A stretch of DNA of 64,000 nucleotides from Candidatus Cloacimonadota bacterium (lineage in GTDB: Bacteria; Cloacimonadota; Cloacimonadia; G963667145). Positions 28,245 to 38,184 of this stretch are shown one piece after another. Both the position numbers and the translations under genes were made by a program. The stretch spans positions 544,001 to 608,000 of the forward strand of contig OY781092.1 in assembly GCA_963676615.1 (NCBI GenBank), in the 5' to 3' direction. Position 1 is the first letter of the stretch. Every line of letters starts with the position of its first letter. The notes under the pieces are model-generated. The model ran no database searches. It was not told the origin of the DNA and saw only the letters and a program-made list of their open reading frames with translations.

Positions 28245-29180
28245 TTGAAAAAAAGATGGTTTTTTAGTTTTGGACATGTTGAAAGGGCGAAAAATTACAC
28301 TTTTGCTTTTTCGAACAAGGTTCTTCTGTCTTTTGCTTTTCTCCTTTTTTTGGTTTTGGCTTTCGGGATTTGGAAGGCGAGCGCTATTGGGCTATATTTT
28401 GATAAGATTGCTCAGCAAAAAAAATTGGAGAAAGAGAACCGCATTCTCAGGAGCCAACTATCTGAGTTTAATCAAGTTTTGGATTCTGTGAAAGGTCAGC
28501 TGGGGGCAATTCGGGCTTGGGAGAGCGAGATTCGTGAGCAACGGAATTTCAAGCCAGTTGATCCGCAAATTCGACAAATGGGTATCGGTGGTGTTCCGAC
28601 ACTTGATAGCGCTACATCGGAGCTTAACTCTGATTTGAGGCTCGATTGCGCTTTTTTAAAGTTGCAACTGGAAGAGCTGACGGCGAAGGTGAATTTGGAA
28701 GTCGATTTAATGTCCGAGTTGAAAAAAAACAGCGATTTTCGCCGCGATATGTATGACAATACTCCCACAATTTATCCTGTATATGGTTATGTAACAAGCC
28801 CTTATGGCTATCGCATTCATCCGATTTTGGGCAAGAAGATTTTTCACGAGGGGATAGATATCGCCAACAAAACTGGCACTTTTGTGCACGCTACGGCTGA
28901 CGGGGTGATAATTCGCTCTAAAGTTGACGGCAAAGGCAGTTTTGGCAATAATGTGATTATTCGACACAAATACGGCTTTTCGACTCGCTATGCGCATTTG
29001 TCTAAGGTGCTAGTGAAAAGATGGCAGCGGGTGAAAAAGGGCGATGTGATAGGCTATATGGGCTCTACGGGCAGATCAACTGGTTCGCATTTGCATTACG
29101 AGGTGCGCAGATATGGCAGATACAGAGACCCAGAGCCTTACCTCATCAAATCCACCGATTTGAATTTAGCGTCAAAATAG
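28245..29180 (+). CDS. M23 family metallopeptidase
   Basis: N-terminal TM helix, coiled coil, HEGID, YAHL, TGSHLHYEV. Confidence 0.92.
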   Translation: MKKRWFFSFGHVERAKNYTFAFSNKVLLSFAFLLFLVLAFGIWKASAIGLYFDKIAQQKKLEKENRILRSQLSEFNQVLDSVKGQLGAIRAWESEIREQRNFKPVDPQIRQMGIGGVPTLDSATSELNSDLRLDCAFLKLQLEELTAKVNLEVDLMSELKKNSDFRRDMYDNTPTIYPVYGYVTSPYGYRIHPILGKKIFHEGIDIANKTGTFVHATADGVIIRSKVDGKGSFGNNVIIRHKYGFSTRYAHLSKVLVKRWQRVKKGDVIGYMGSTGRSTGSHLHYEVRRYGRYRDPEPYLIKSTDLNLASK

Positions 29181-29263
29181 TTTTTACCAGTTTTTTTTAC
29201 TTCAAAATTTGTCTAGTTTGGGTAGATTTGGAGTAAATTTTTTGTATTTAGGGTTTGTCGATT

Positions 29264-29461
29264 ATGAAGAAAAGTTTTGAGCAGAGCGTTAAGCAGATTG
29301 ATGAAATCGTGGAGAAGTTGGAGAACAGCGATTTGGAGTTTGATCAAATTTTGGAGCTTTACAAGCAGGGACAAGATTTGGTTAAAGAGTGTAAAAAAAA
29401 GTTGGAAGTTGTTGAGAACAAGTTGATAGAGCTGGATAAGGAGCAAATCAAGGGTGTATAA
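29264..29461 (+). CDS. xseB: Exodeoxyribonuclease VII small subunit
   Basis: SFEQ...IDEIVEKLE...Y.QG; precedes ispA. Confidence 0.9.
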   Translation: MKKSFEQSVKQIDEIVEKLENSDLEFDQILELYKQGQDLVKECKKKLEVVENKLIELDKEQIKGV

Positions 29462-30338
29462 AGCTTTAAAAAAAGATCTAAAAAAGATACGAGAGACCGT
29501 CAATATTCAAATTGATCGGTTTTTGCCTCGCAAAGATGAGTATCCAAAAAATATCCACAAAGCGATTCGGCATTCGCTTTTTGCAGGCGGCAAGGGCATT
29601 CGTAGCTATTTGCTGGTGAAAATTTATTCGATTTTCAAAGACGATTTGGACACCGTTTTGCCTCTTGCAGCTGCTTTGGAGATGTTGCACACCTACACTT
29701 TGATTCACGACGATTTGCCGTATCTGGATAATGACGATTTTCGCCGTGGCAAGCCGACTTGCCACAAACTTTTTGGTGATGATATAGCTCTTTTGTCCGG
29801 CGATACTTTGCTGATTTACGCTTTCGATATTGTTTCGCAGATGGAGATTTCGGAAAAATTGAAGGCGGAAATTTTGCAAAAAATGACGAAAATGGCTGGA
29901 GCGCAAGGGCTGGTTGGCGGACAATGGGAAGATATAAATTGTCAGGGTAAAAAGGTCGATAAGCAAATGCTTTCGTATATTCACAAAAACAAAACTGCTG
30001 GTTTTATTGAACTTACGGCGACTTTGGCTTGTATGTTGGCGCAGGTTTCTCAAGAAGATCGAGAGCTTTTGGAGGAGTTTGCGGGCAATGTGGGGCTTTC
30101 GTTTCAGATTGTGGACGATATTTTGGATATAGAGGGGACTTTTCAGGAGCGAGGCAAGTCGATTGGCAAAGATCAAGAAGCACAAAAGGTGACCTATCCA
30201 GCGTTGTATGGTTTGCAGGAGTCGAAAAATCAGGTGGAGCAGATGATGCAACGGGCGAAAGAGATTTTGACAAAATACCACGATAAAGCTTTGATGTTGC
30301 AACGGTTTACCGACTATCTTTATTTGAGTAAATGGTAA
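29454..30338 (+). CDS. ispA: Polyprenyl (farnesyl) diphosphate synthase
   Basis: GGKGIR, LIHDDLP..DNDDFRRGKPT, FQIVDDILD. Confidence 0.93.
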   Translation: MYKALKKDLKKIRETVNIQIDRFLPRKDEYPKNIHKAIRHSLFAGGKGIRSYLLVKIYSIFKDDLDTVLPLAAALEMLHTYTLIHDDLPYLDNDDFRRGKPTCHKLFGDDIALLSGDTLLIYAFDIVSQMEISEKLKAEILQKMTKMAGAQGLVGGQWEDINCQGKKVDKQMLSYIHKNKTAGFIELTATLACMLAQVSQEDRELLEEFAGNVGLSFQIVDDILDIEGTFQERGKSIGKDQEAQKVTYPALYGLQESKNQVEQMMQRAKEILTKYHDKALMLQRFTDYLYLSKW

Positions 30339-30769
30339 AAGTTAAGTTCAAAAAGTTGGCAGAAAATGCTCAACTTCCCAAAAGAATGAGCAAGGACGCC
30401 GCTGGGGCTGATGTTTGTGCTTGTCTTGATGAAGATTTGCTGGTTGCAGCGGGCGAAGTTACGCTTGTGCCGTGCGGTTTTGCTATGGCGTTGCCCAAAG
30501 GTTACGAGGCGCAAATCCGTCCACGAAGCGGCTTGGCGCTAAAAAATGGCATCGGCGTTTTGAACTCTCCCGGCACGATAGACGCCGATTACAGAGGCGA
30601 AGTAAAGGTGATTTTGGCAAATTTTGGCAAAGAAAATTTTGTGATAAAAAACGGCGATAGAGTTGCTCAGATGGTGATAGCGCAGGTGCCAGGAGTGAGT
30701 TTTGAGTGCGTGCAAGAGCTGGATGCGACTGAGCGAGGCAGCGGCGGTTTTGGTCACACAAGAGTGTAG
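30332..30769 (+). CDS. dut: dUTP diphosphatase
   Basis: AGAD, RPRSGLA, GTIDADYRGE, RGSGGFGHT. Confidence 0.97.
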   Translation: MVKVKFKKLAENAQLPKRMSKDAAGADVCACLDEDLLVAAGEVTLVPCGFAMALPKGYEAQIRPRSGLALKNGIGVLNSPGTIDADYRGEVKVILANFGKENFVIKNGDRVAQMVIAQVPGVSFECVQELDATERGSGGFGHTRV

Positions 30770-30787
30770 TTTGAGATAGGAGCGTTT

Positions 30788-32074
30788 ATGGCGACATTAA
30801 GGAAGAGGATTGTTGAGGAGATTGACAGGCTTAAAGAGCTGAATAAGAGTATTTTAGCGGAACACGGAGACAAAGAAATTTGTAAAGTTACACCGAAAAA
30901 TATTTTTGCGGGAATGCGAGGAATTGTCGAGGTCGTTTGCAACACCTCTTATGTTGACGCTCAAAAAGGGCTGATAATCAAGGGCTACACGCTGGATCAG
31001 CTCGCTGGCAAAAAAGCGGAAGAGGTCTTTTTTCTGCTTTGCACGGGCGTTTTGCCCGATAAAGAGGAGCTGCGCTGTTTTCAGAAAAATTTGGCGCTTC
31101 GTTCAAGCGTCCCTAGGGAAGTTTGGAATGTCCTTTTTGCTTTGCCGGACAACACGCACCCGATGACGATGTTCAGCATTGCGATTTTGGTTTTGGAACG
31201 AGAGTCGGTTTTTCGCACCAAATACGAAGAGGGTTTGCGGAAAAAAGATTTTTGGAAGTCAACTTTGGAAGATTGTCTGGAGCTGATAGCAAAAGTGCCG
31301 AGTATCGCCGCGGCAATTTATCGGATTCGTTACGAAAAAGACGACCTAATCACCAGCTATGACGACGAGCTGGATTGGTCGGCAAATTTTGCCAATATGC
31401 TGGGTGTGGACACTCCCGACGAGGATGTCTTTGCTGATTTGATGAGGCTATTTTTGGTGCTGCATTGCGACCACGAGGGCTGTAACGCCAGCGCTTTTAC
31501 CACTCGGGTGGTTAGCTCAACTTTGTCCGACTGCTATCGGGCTGTTTCGTCGGGGCTGAACGCCTTGGCTGGACCTCTGCACGGGCTCGCCAATCAAAAC
31601 GCGCTGAAATTTATTTTGAACATAAAAGACAGATTCGACGGTTGCCCGAACAAAGAACAGCTTACCAAATATCTGCAAGGCTGGCTGGAAACAGGAAAAG
31701 TCATCCCTGGCTATGGTCACGCTGTTTTGCGAAGCACAGATCCAAGATTTTTGGAGATCAAAAAGTTTGCCGATAAGCATTTGCCAAACGACAATTTGAT
31801 TAAAATCGTCAATTTGATGAGCGAGGTCGCGCCAGTTGTCCTCAAGGAACAAGGCAAAGCGAGTTCGATTTATCCCAATGTTGACGCTATCTCAGGAGCG
31901 GTTCTCTACGCTCTAGGTTTGGAGCGGTTCGACTATTACACCGTGATTTTTGGAGTCTCCAGAATTTTGGGATTTTGCGCACAACTTATTATCGCAAGGG
32001 GAGTTAACTCCTCGATAATCCGCCCGAAAAGTGTGACGAGCCAAATGCTTCTCGAGTTGGCTTCTCAAAAATAG
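30788..32074 (+). CDS. gltA: Citrate (Si)-synthase, eukaryote-like type
   Basis: GMRG, DHEG.NAS, LAGPLHGLANQ, PGYGHAVLR.TDPR, PNVDA.SG, YYTVIFGVSR. Confidence 0.9.
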   Translation: MATLRKRIVEEIDRLKELNKSILAEHGDKEICKVTPKNIFAGMRGIVEVVCNTSYVDAQKGLIIKGYTLDQLAGKKAEEVFFLLCTGVLPDKEELRCFQKNLALRSSVPREVWNVLFALPDNTHPMTMFSIAILVLERESVFRTKYEEGLRKKDFWKSTLEDCLELIAKVPSIAAAIYRIRYEKDDLITSYDDELDWSANFANMLGVDTPDEDVFADLMRLFLVLHCDHEGCNASAFTTRVVSSTLSDCYRAVSSGLNALAGPLHGLANQNALKFILNIKDRFDGCPNKEQLTKYLQGWLETGKVIPGYGHAVLRSTDPRFLEIKKFADKHLPNDNLIKIVNLMSEVAPVVLKEQGKASSIYPNVDAISGAVLYALGLERFDYYTVIFGVSRILGFCAQLIIARGVNSSIIRPKSVTSQMLLELASQK

Positions 32075-32117
32075 TTGCCAAAAAATGTGGTAGCAAGATA
32101 GTTTTTGGAAATTTGAG

Positions 32118-33791
32118 ATGAGCGTGAACATCGATTGCGATTTTTTGGTTGTCGGTTCTGGAATTGCGGGGCTGATGACCGCTTTGCATCTAGCCAAAAA
32201 TCCACAAAATTCTATCGTTTTAATCTCAAAAAACGGCTTTGAAAAAAACAACTCTTACTACGCTCAAGGCGGCATTGCGGCGGTTGACTCTGCGCGCGTT
32301 TCTTTGCAGCTGGACGATTATCAGGCGCATATTCAGGATACCTGCAAATCTGGCGACGGATTGTGTAACGAAAAGGTCGTGTCCAAATGCATCAAGGGAT
32401 TTTACGACTCGGCGATAAAGTCTTTGCTGGATTTGGGAGTCGATTTTAGCAGCGAGGAAAGCGGTGATTTTGTTTTGCATCAAGAGGGCGGACACAGCAG
32501 CGAGCGCATCTATTGCGTGGACGATCACACGGGGCGAAACATCGTGCAGACGCTTTTGCGCAAGGTCAGTCAGGCGAAAAATATCGCCAGTTTGGACTAC
32601 CATATGGCGATCAATCTCATCACGCAAAATTATCTTTTGGCGAGCACAAATTTCAAGGATAAATGTTTGGGGGCGTATGTGCTGGATGTTGCCACGAACA
32701 AAGTGCGGACAATCAGGGCGAAAAAAACCATTTTGGCAACTGGGGGTGCGGGCAAAGTTTTTAAATACACGAGCAATCCAGTGGTGGCAACGGGTGACGG
32801 CGTTGCTATGGCTTATCGAGCTGGCGCCAGAATCGCGAATATGGAGTTCGTGCAGTTTCATCCTACGGTGCTGTATCAGCCAAATATCGAGATCAAGGAG
32901 CGGAGATTTTTGATAACCGAAGCTTTGCGTGGTGAGAATTTGGGCGGTATCCTGACCTTGAGCAGAGACAGCAAAGAAGATTTTGTTTTGGAGTTTGACG
33001 AAAGAGGCTCGCACGCTACCCGAGATGTTGTTTCACGAGCTATCGATACGAAAATCAAGGAGTTAGGCTTGCAAAATGTCTGGTTAAATCTGACTACGGA
33101 GATTACGGGCAAAGACAAGCAATTTTTTCAAAAGCATTATCCGAATATTTACAAAAAGTGCGCTGAAAACGGCTATTTTTTGGAAGAAAATCCGATACCA
33201 GTTGTGCCGGCGGCGCATTATATTTGCGGCGGTGTGATGGTTGACGAGAATGGGCTTAGCGACATTTGCAATTTGTATGTGGTCGGCGAATCTGCTTACA
33301 CGGGGCTTATGGGTGCAAATCGACTTGCCTCCAACTCTTTGCCCGAAGGTTGCTATTACGCGATGAGAGCCGCCAAGCACGCACAAAAAAGCAAAAATAT
33401 CGATGTTTCGGGTCTGGAAATTCCAGATTGGCAGACGGTTGAAGAGAGCAAAAAAGTTGATAAAGCGACGATAAATCAGTTTTGGGACATCACCAGGGAA
33501 GTGATGACCAATCTTTGCGGGATTGAGCGGAACAATCAAAGGCTGTATTTGGCGGCGAAAACTACTGACTCTTTGGCTTTGGCGGCGCACGATATTTACA
33601 AGAAATTTCCCGCTTCTTTGCAAACTCTGGAGCTGCGAAATTTGACTTTGGTGGCACGGATGATAGCGCTTTGTGCCTTGTCTCGCAAGGAGTCGCGAGG
33701 TTGTCATTATAGAGAAGATTATCCGCAAAAAGACGAAAAATTTCGGATGCCAACGATTATCAAAAAAGATATTTTTCACGAATTTAAGTAA
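32118..33791 (+). CDS. nadB: L-aspartate oxidase
   Basis: GSGIAGL, AQGGIA, EGGHS..RI, QFHPT, TEALRGE, GANRLASNSL, ESRGCHYR. Confidence 0.95.
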   Translation: MSVNIDCDFLVVGSGIAGLMTALHLAKNPQNSIVLISKNGFEKNNSYYAQGGIAAVDSARVSLQLDDYQAHIQDTCKSGDGLCNEKVVSKCIKGFYDSAIKSLLDLGVDFSSEESGDFVLHQEGGHSSERIYCVDDHTGRNIVQTLLRKVSQAKNIASLDYHMAINLITQNYLLASTNFKDKCLGAYVLDVATNKVRTIRAKKTILATGGAGKVFKYTSNPVVATGDGVAMAYRAGARIANMEFVQFHPTVLYQPNIEIKERRFLITEALRGENLGGILTLSRDSKEDFVLEFDERGSHATRDVVSRAIDTKIKELGLQNVWLNLTTEITGKDKQFFQKHYPNIYKKCAENGYFLEENPIPVVPAAHYICGGVMVDENGLSDICNLYVVGESAYTGLMGANRLASNSLPEGCYYAMRAAKHAQKSKNIDVSGLEIPDWQTVEESKKVDKATINQFWDITREVMTNLCGIERNNQRLYLAAKTTDSLALAAHDIYKKFPASLQTLELRNLTLVARMIALCALSRKESRGCHYREDYPQKDEKFRMPTIIKKDIFHEFK

Positions 33792-33806
33792 GAAAAAGAG
33801 AAAATT

Positions 33807-34706
33807 ATGTCGATTTTAGAAGATATTAAACGCCTTAAAAAAGAGAAAAACGCTGTGGTTTTGGCACACAATTATCAGCCTGCTGAAATTTATCAAGTGG
33901 CTGATTTTGTAGGAGATAGCCTCGAGCTTGCCAAAAAAGCCAAAGAGGTTGAAGCTGAAATTATCGTGTTTTGCGGTGTAAAGTTTATGGCAGAAACAGC
34001 AAAGATTTTGAATCCAAAGAAAAAAGTTCTTTTGGCGGCAAAAAATGCAGGTTGCAAAATGGCGGATATGATTGATGCGGAGAAAGTTAGGCAAGCCAAG
34101 CAGGAGCATCCTCAAGCGGCTGTGGCGTGCTATGTGAACACGACCGCGCAGACCAAAACGGAATGTGATGTTTGTGTGACCAGCGCCAATGCGGTGAAGG
34201 TGATAAATTCGATGCCGCAGGAGCAGATAATTTTTGTTCCCGATAAAAATTTGGGCAGTTTTGTGGCGAAAAATTGTCGCAAGCAGATTATTTTGGTGGA
34301 CGGATTTTGCTATGTTCACAACGATATTTCGGTTGAGGATGTGCAAAAAGCTCGGGCGCTTTATCTAGATGCGCCGATTATGATTCATCCCGAATCGCCG
34401 CGGCAAGTGGTGGATTTGTGCGATTTTGTTTGCTCGACCTCGCAGATGATTTCGGTGGCAAAATCTAGTAGAGCAAGCACGATTGTGGTCGGCACCGAGA
34501 TTGGAATGCTGGCGATGTTGGAGCGAGAAGTTCCCACGAAAAAGTTCGTTCCGCTGAAAAAAAACGCCATTTGTGAAGATATGAAGTTGACAGAGTTGCA
34601 AATGGTCAAAAATTGTTTGGAAAACGAAGAGAATGAAATTGTTCTTGATCAAGGCGTTATCGAGAAGGCGAGAGTTTGTATCGATAAAATGTTGATTTTG
34701 AGTTAG
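33807..34706 (+). CDS. nadA: Quinolinate synthase
   Basis: LAHNYQ, GDSL, FCGVKFMAE, YVNT, PDKNLG, HPE, C..MK. Confidence 0.95.
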   Translation: MSILEDIKRLKKEKNAVVLAHNYQPAEIYQVADFVGDSLELAKKAKEVEAEIIVFCGVKFMAETAKILNPKKKVLLAAKNAGCKMADMIDAEKVRQAKQEHPQAAVACYVNTTAQTKTECDVCVTSANAVKVINSMPQEQIIFVPDKNLGSFVAKNCRKQIILVDGFCYVHNDISVEDVQKARALYLDAPIMIHPESPRQVVDLCDFVCSTSQMISVAKSSRASTIVVGTEIGMLAMLEREVPTKKFVPLKKNAICEDMKLTELQMVKNCLENEENEIVLDQGVIEKARVCIDKMLILS

Positions 34707-34721
34707 TTACGAGAGATTTTA

Positions 34722-35657
34722 ATGAATAAGAAACAGGCGGTTGAAGAGGTTTACCAAAAAGGTAAGCTTTTGAGTTTTGAAAATCCAGAATATTTTCGTC
34801 AGGTTGGCGATTTTATTTCCACGGCTTTGCGAGAAGATGTTGGCGAGGGCGATGTCACTACGCAGACGGTGATTCCTGCCGATTTGGAGATGCGAGCGGT
34901 CATCAACAGTAAAGAAAAGGGCGTTTTTTGTGGGCAGCAAGAGCTAAAATTTTTGTATAAGTCGCAAAATGTTCGCTTGAAATTTTTGGTTGACGATGGT
35001 CAGGAGATAGCTTGCGGGCAGCGTCTTGTAGAGCTTGCGGGGCCTGTGCAATCTTTGTTGACGCTGGAGCGAGTTGGTCTGAATATCGTTCGCAGAATGT
35101 CTGGAATTGCTACTGCCACAAGGGCTTACGCTCAGCTTTTGCAAGGTTCGGGAGCGAAAATTGCTGCCACACGCAAAGTTGTGACCTGCGAGTTGATGGA
35201 AAAAAGAGCGGTCTATGTTGGCGGCGGTCTCACGCATCGGCTCGGCTTGGACAAGCACATTATGATCAAAGATTGTCATTTGGATATTATTCGGAAATTT
35301 CAGGGTAGTCAGGCGATTAAGTCGGTGATTAGTGCTTGTGAAGGCGTAAAAGTCCCTGTTGAGATAGAGGTTGAAACTTTGGAAGATGGTCTAGTGGCAG
35401 CGCAAAATTTCGCCGATAGTCGCTACTCGGGCGTTCCAATAATTATGCTGGATAATATGACACCGTCGCAAATTGCGGCTTTTTGTCAGATGCTCACGCA
35501 GAAAAAATTGCTGGGAAAGGTTCTACTGGAGGCTTCGGGCGGCATCACTTTGAACAATCTTGCCGAGTATGGAGCCTCAGGCGTGGATGTTGTGTCAACT
35601 TCCGCTATAACCGAAGGCGCTAGCAGCTTGGACTTACACCAAAAAATGGAGGATTAG
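34722..35657 (+). CDS. nadC: Quinolinate phosphoribosyltransferase
   Basis: ED...GDVT, ER..LN, MSGIAT, TRK, HRLGL, EIEV, MLDN, EASGGI. Confidence 0.93.
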   Translation: MNKKQAVEEVYQKGKLLSFENPEYFRQVGDFISTALREDVGEGDVTTQTVIPADLEMRAVINSKEKGVFCGQQELKFLYKSQNVRLKFLVDDGQEIACGQRLVELAGPVQSLLTLERVGLNIVRRMSGIATATRAYAQLLQGSGAKIAATRKVVTCELMEKRAVYVGGGLTHRLGLDKHIMIKDCHLDIIRKFQGSQAIKSVISACEGVKVPVEIEVETLEDGLVAAQNFADSRYSGVPIIMLDNMTPSQIAAFCQMLTQKKLLGKVLLEASGGITLNNLAEYGASGVDVVSTSAITEGASSLDLHQKMED

Positions 35658-35683
35658 TGGGGGAAGGTTTAACTTTTCCGACC

Positions 35684-36100
35684 TCACCCAATCTCGACCT
35701 CTTGCTCTTCTTTTGCTTTTAATTTTTGCACGACGATTTGCAAAACGCCGTTTTCCATTTTGGCTGTGATGGCAGAGATGTCGGCGTCTTGTGGCAAGTT
35801 TATCGTCCGCCTTATTTTTTCCTCGCCGCTCTCTTTGTAAAAAAAGCTTCCTTCTTCTTCGGAACTTTTTTCTTGTTTTTCAGCTGTCACGACCAAATAA
35901 TCGTTTGACTTTTTGATTTTAATATCGCTTTTGGAAAATCCCGCAAGAGCCAGCTTTATCAGGTAGTTATCGCCTTTGTCAATAATGTCTAAGGGAGCTT
36001 GATTGGCAAAACCAAATGGGTTTTGCACGCCGTCTGAGACCGCTTTTGCGATTGTGTTGAACACAGAAAAAATTGGGAAAAAATCGTTACTATTTTTCAT
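35684..36100 (-). CDS. Hsp20/alpha-crystallin small heat-shock protein
   Basis: LAGFSKSDI, RTINLP, AKMENGVLQI; ATG at 36100 after AAGGAG. Confidence 0.9.
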   Translation of the reverse strand: MKNSNDFFPIFSVFNTIAKAVSDGVQNPFGFANQAPLDIIDKGDNYLIKLALAGFSKSDIKIKKSNDYLVVTAEKQEKSSEEEGSFFYKESGEEKIRRTINLPQDADISAITAKMENGVLQIVVQKLKAKEEQEVEIG

Positions 36101-36186
36101 ATTTGCTCCTTTTTTGATTATCAAATTACATCTTAAAATTTTTGTTTTGCACAGTTTGTGTCAAGCGAAAAGCGGGTTGTTTTTAG

Positions 36187-38184
36187 CTATAGCCAGATTT
36201 TTTCTTGCTCTTCTGCCTGAGAATAGAGCATCTCTTCGCCCAAAATAATTGTCGCTTTTTGATTTTCCGCCAGCTGTAACAGCTTCGTTTTTCGGGGATG
36301 ATAGACGATGTCCATCACAAATTGACCAGCTTTGAATTTGGTCAGCAAACTTTTTTCTTCGTTCATTCCGACTTTGGTCGCGTTGATTATGACATCAAAT
36401 TCTGTGCTTGATTTTTGAGCGGTTTCGATGTCAATTGATGAGAAGTCGCCAATTTTCAAAAGCGGTTGGCTTTTTTCTGGATTGCGAGCAGCGACAGTCA
36501 CTAGCGCTTTTTCGCGGATTAAACCGAAAAAAATCGCTTTGGCGGCTCCTCCGTTTCCTAGCAGCAGCACTTTTTTCCCAGCGAGAGAAGTTCGCTGCAG
36601 AAGCGGCTCGATGCCCCCAAGCCAGTCTGTGTTGTAGCCTAGCAGCTTTCCGGTTTTGCTGTGAATTGTGTTGATTGCCTTAATTTTGCAGGCGGTAGAG
36701 TCTATGGAGTCCACAAGCTGAAAAACGCTTTGTTTGTGTGGCATCGTCACGGCAAGACCGCTCCAGCCGTAAGTTCGGAAATTTTGCAAAAAATTTTTGA
36801 GCTCGCTTTCTGAGTCTATCGGAAAATTGACAAAGCAAGCGTCCACATTTTTGCGAACAAATTGCTTGTTGTGATAAAATCTGGAAAAACTTTTGCCGAT
36901 ATTTTGACCGATAAGCCCATAAATGGCGGTATCTGAGCCGATTTTGTGGATATTGTAAAGATTGTGCAAACTCTCGATGTCGATTTGCCCAGGAGCGACG
37001 GCGCTTTTTTCTAGGGTAAAAGAGTAGGTGAACAGTGAGCCGTATTTGAGGGACAAAATTCGCGAAAACTCGCCTTTTTCGCCCATGCCAAAGGCGATAA
37101 GGTTGCCGTGTTTTTTCAGCAAATCGAAGAGCAAAAAGTTGTCGTTGATGTCGTTTATCATCGTGGCAATTTTGATGCAGAAAGGGGAGAAGCGTTGCAT
37201 TTTTTGGGCGATTTCGTCTAAATTTTGGGGAGTTGAGTAGAAATTGTGATACGAGACGATTATTTTGGATTTTATCTTCGCGAAGTTGATGAACTCGGCG
37301 TTTTCAAGCTCGATGTCGATAAACTCGAAGCCTAGCTTGTCAATTTTGTAAATTGCCTCAGCGTATTTTTCGCCGCCGAGAACGCTTTGACCACCTTGGC
37401 TTTTTGTCCGCAAAGTTGCAATCACATTTTTTTTGTTCCAATTTTTTAGGTTAGTTGGTATTTTTTTCAAAAAATCAAGTCTAAACTCTGCTAAATGCTT
37501 GCATTCCAAAGCGTTGTTGATTTTTTTTTGAGAAGAGTCTAGCTCGTTTTCGTCAACACAAACGCAAACTTTTGGCAAAAAAACTGCCGAAAAAGGTTTT
37601 TTCCAAGTCTGTTGAATCGTTTTGCAGCGCTCCAGCAATTTTTTTGCTTCGTTTTCTAGCTCTTTTACAGTTTTGTCGTTTTTGATTTTGAAGCTGCTTT
37701 TGGTTAGCAGACTGTTATTTTTTTGGGAGTTTATTCGCTCAAGAAATGTTTGGTCTTTCGCCTGTAAACGCTGATTTAATAGGCTTTTTGATGTTGCAAT
37801 CTGCACGATTGAGTCAAAACAGCGGCTAACATCAGCAAAAAAAACGGGCGGAATCTCTACAAAAATTAGGCTGTTTCGACTTTTTTGGATAAGTTTTTCT
37901 AACTCTTCTAAAATTTTTGGGTGAGTGAGATTGTTTAGTTTTTTCAGATTTTTGGGGTCAGAAAAAACCAGCGAGGCGATTTTTTTGCGATCAATTTCGC
38001 CGCTTGGCAAAGTTATTTCCTGCCTAAACTCTTTGGTCAAGGCGTTTTTGAGAGAGGGTAAAATTTGTCGTCCGATTGTGTCGGCGCAGATAACTTGGCA
38101 GCCCAAATTTTGTAAGATATTGCAAAAAGCGGACTTGCCGCTACCGATTGTGCCTGTTATGGCGATGATGGTTTTGTTTTTCAT
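36187..38184 (-). CDS. Fusion of dephospho-CoA kinase (CoaE), type I 3-dehydroquinase (AroD) and shikimate dehydrogenase (AroE)
   Basis: N: ITGTIGSGKS, IDRKKIA..VF, THPKI; middle: EFRLD, IDIEL, SYHNF, GMG..G..SR, APGQ; C: VTMPHK, AINT, NTDW.G, GNGGAA, NAT.VGM, DIVY. Confidence 0.85.
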   Translation of the reverse strand: MKNKTIIAITGTIGSGKSAFCNILQNLGCQVICADTIGRQILPSLKNALTKEFRQEITLPSGEIDRKKIASLVFSDPKNLKKLNNLTHPKILEELEKLIQKSRNSLIFVEIPPVFFADVSRCFDSIVQIATSKSLLNQRLQAKDQTFLERINSQKNNSLLTKSSFKIKNDKTVKELENEAKKLLERCKTIQQTWKKPFSAVFLPKVCVCVDENELDSSQKKINNALECKHLAEFRLDFLKKIPTNLKNWNKKNVIATLRTKSQGGQSVLGGEKYAEAIYKIDKLGFEFIDIELENAEFINFAKIKSKIIVSYHNFYSTPQNLDEIAQKMQRFSPFCIKIATMINDINDNFLLFDLLKKHGNLIAFGMGEKGEFSRILSLKYGSLFTYSFTLEKSAVAPGQIDIESLHNLYNIHKIGSDTAIYGLIGQNIGKSFSRFYHNKQFVRKNVDACFVNFPIDSESELKNFLQNFRTYGWSGLAVTMPHKQSVFQLVDSIDSTACKIKAINTIHSKTGKLLGYNTDWLGGIEPLLQRTSLAGKKVLLLGNGGAAKAIFFGLIREKALVTVAARNPEKSQPLLKIGDFSSIDIETAQKSSTEFDVIINATKVGMNEEKSLLTKFKAGQFVMDIVYHPRKTKLLQLAENQKATIILGEEMLYSQAEEQEKIWL

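Noticed and set aside
32118..35657. nadBAC as part of the ectoine system (aspartate sink)
   Set aside because: Separated by unrelated housekeeping genes and a separate promoter; only a metabolic coincidence can be claimed
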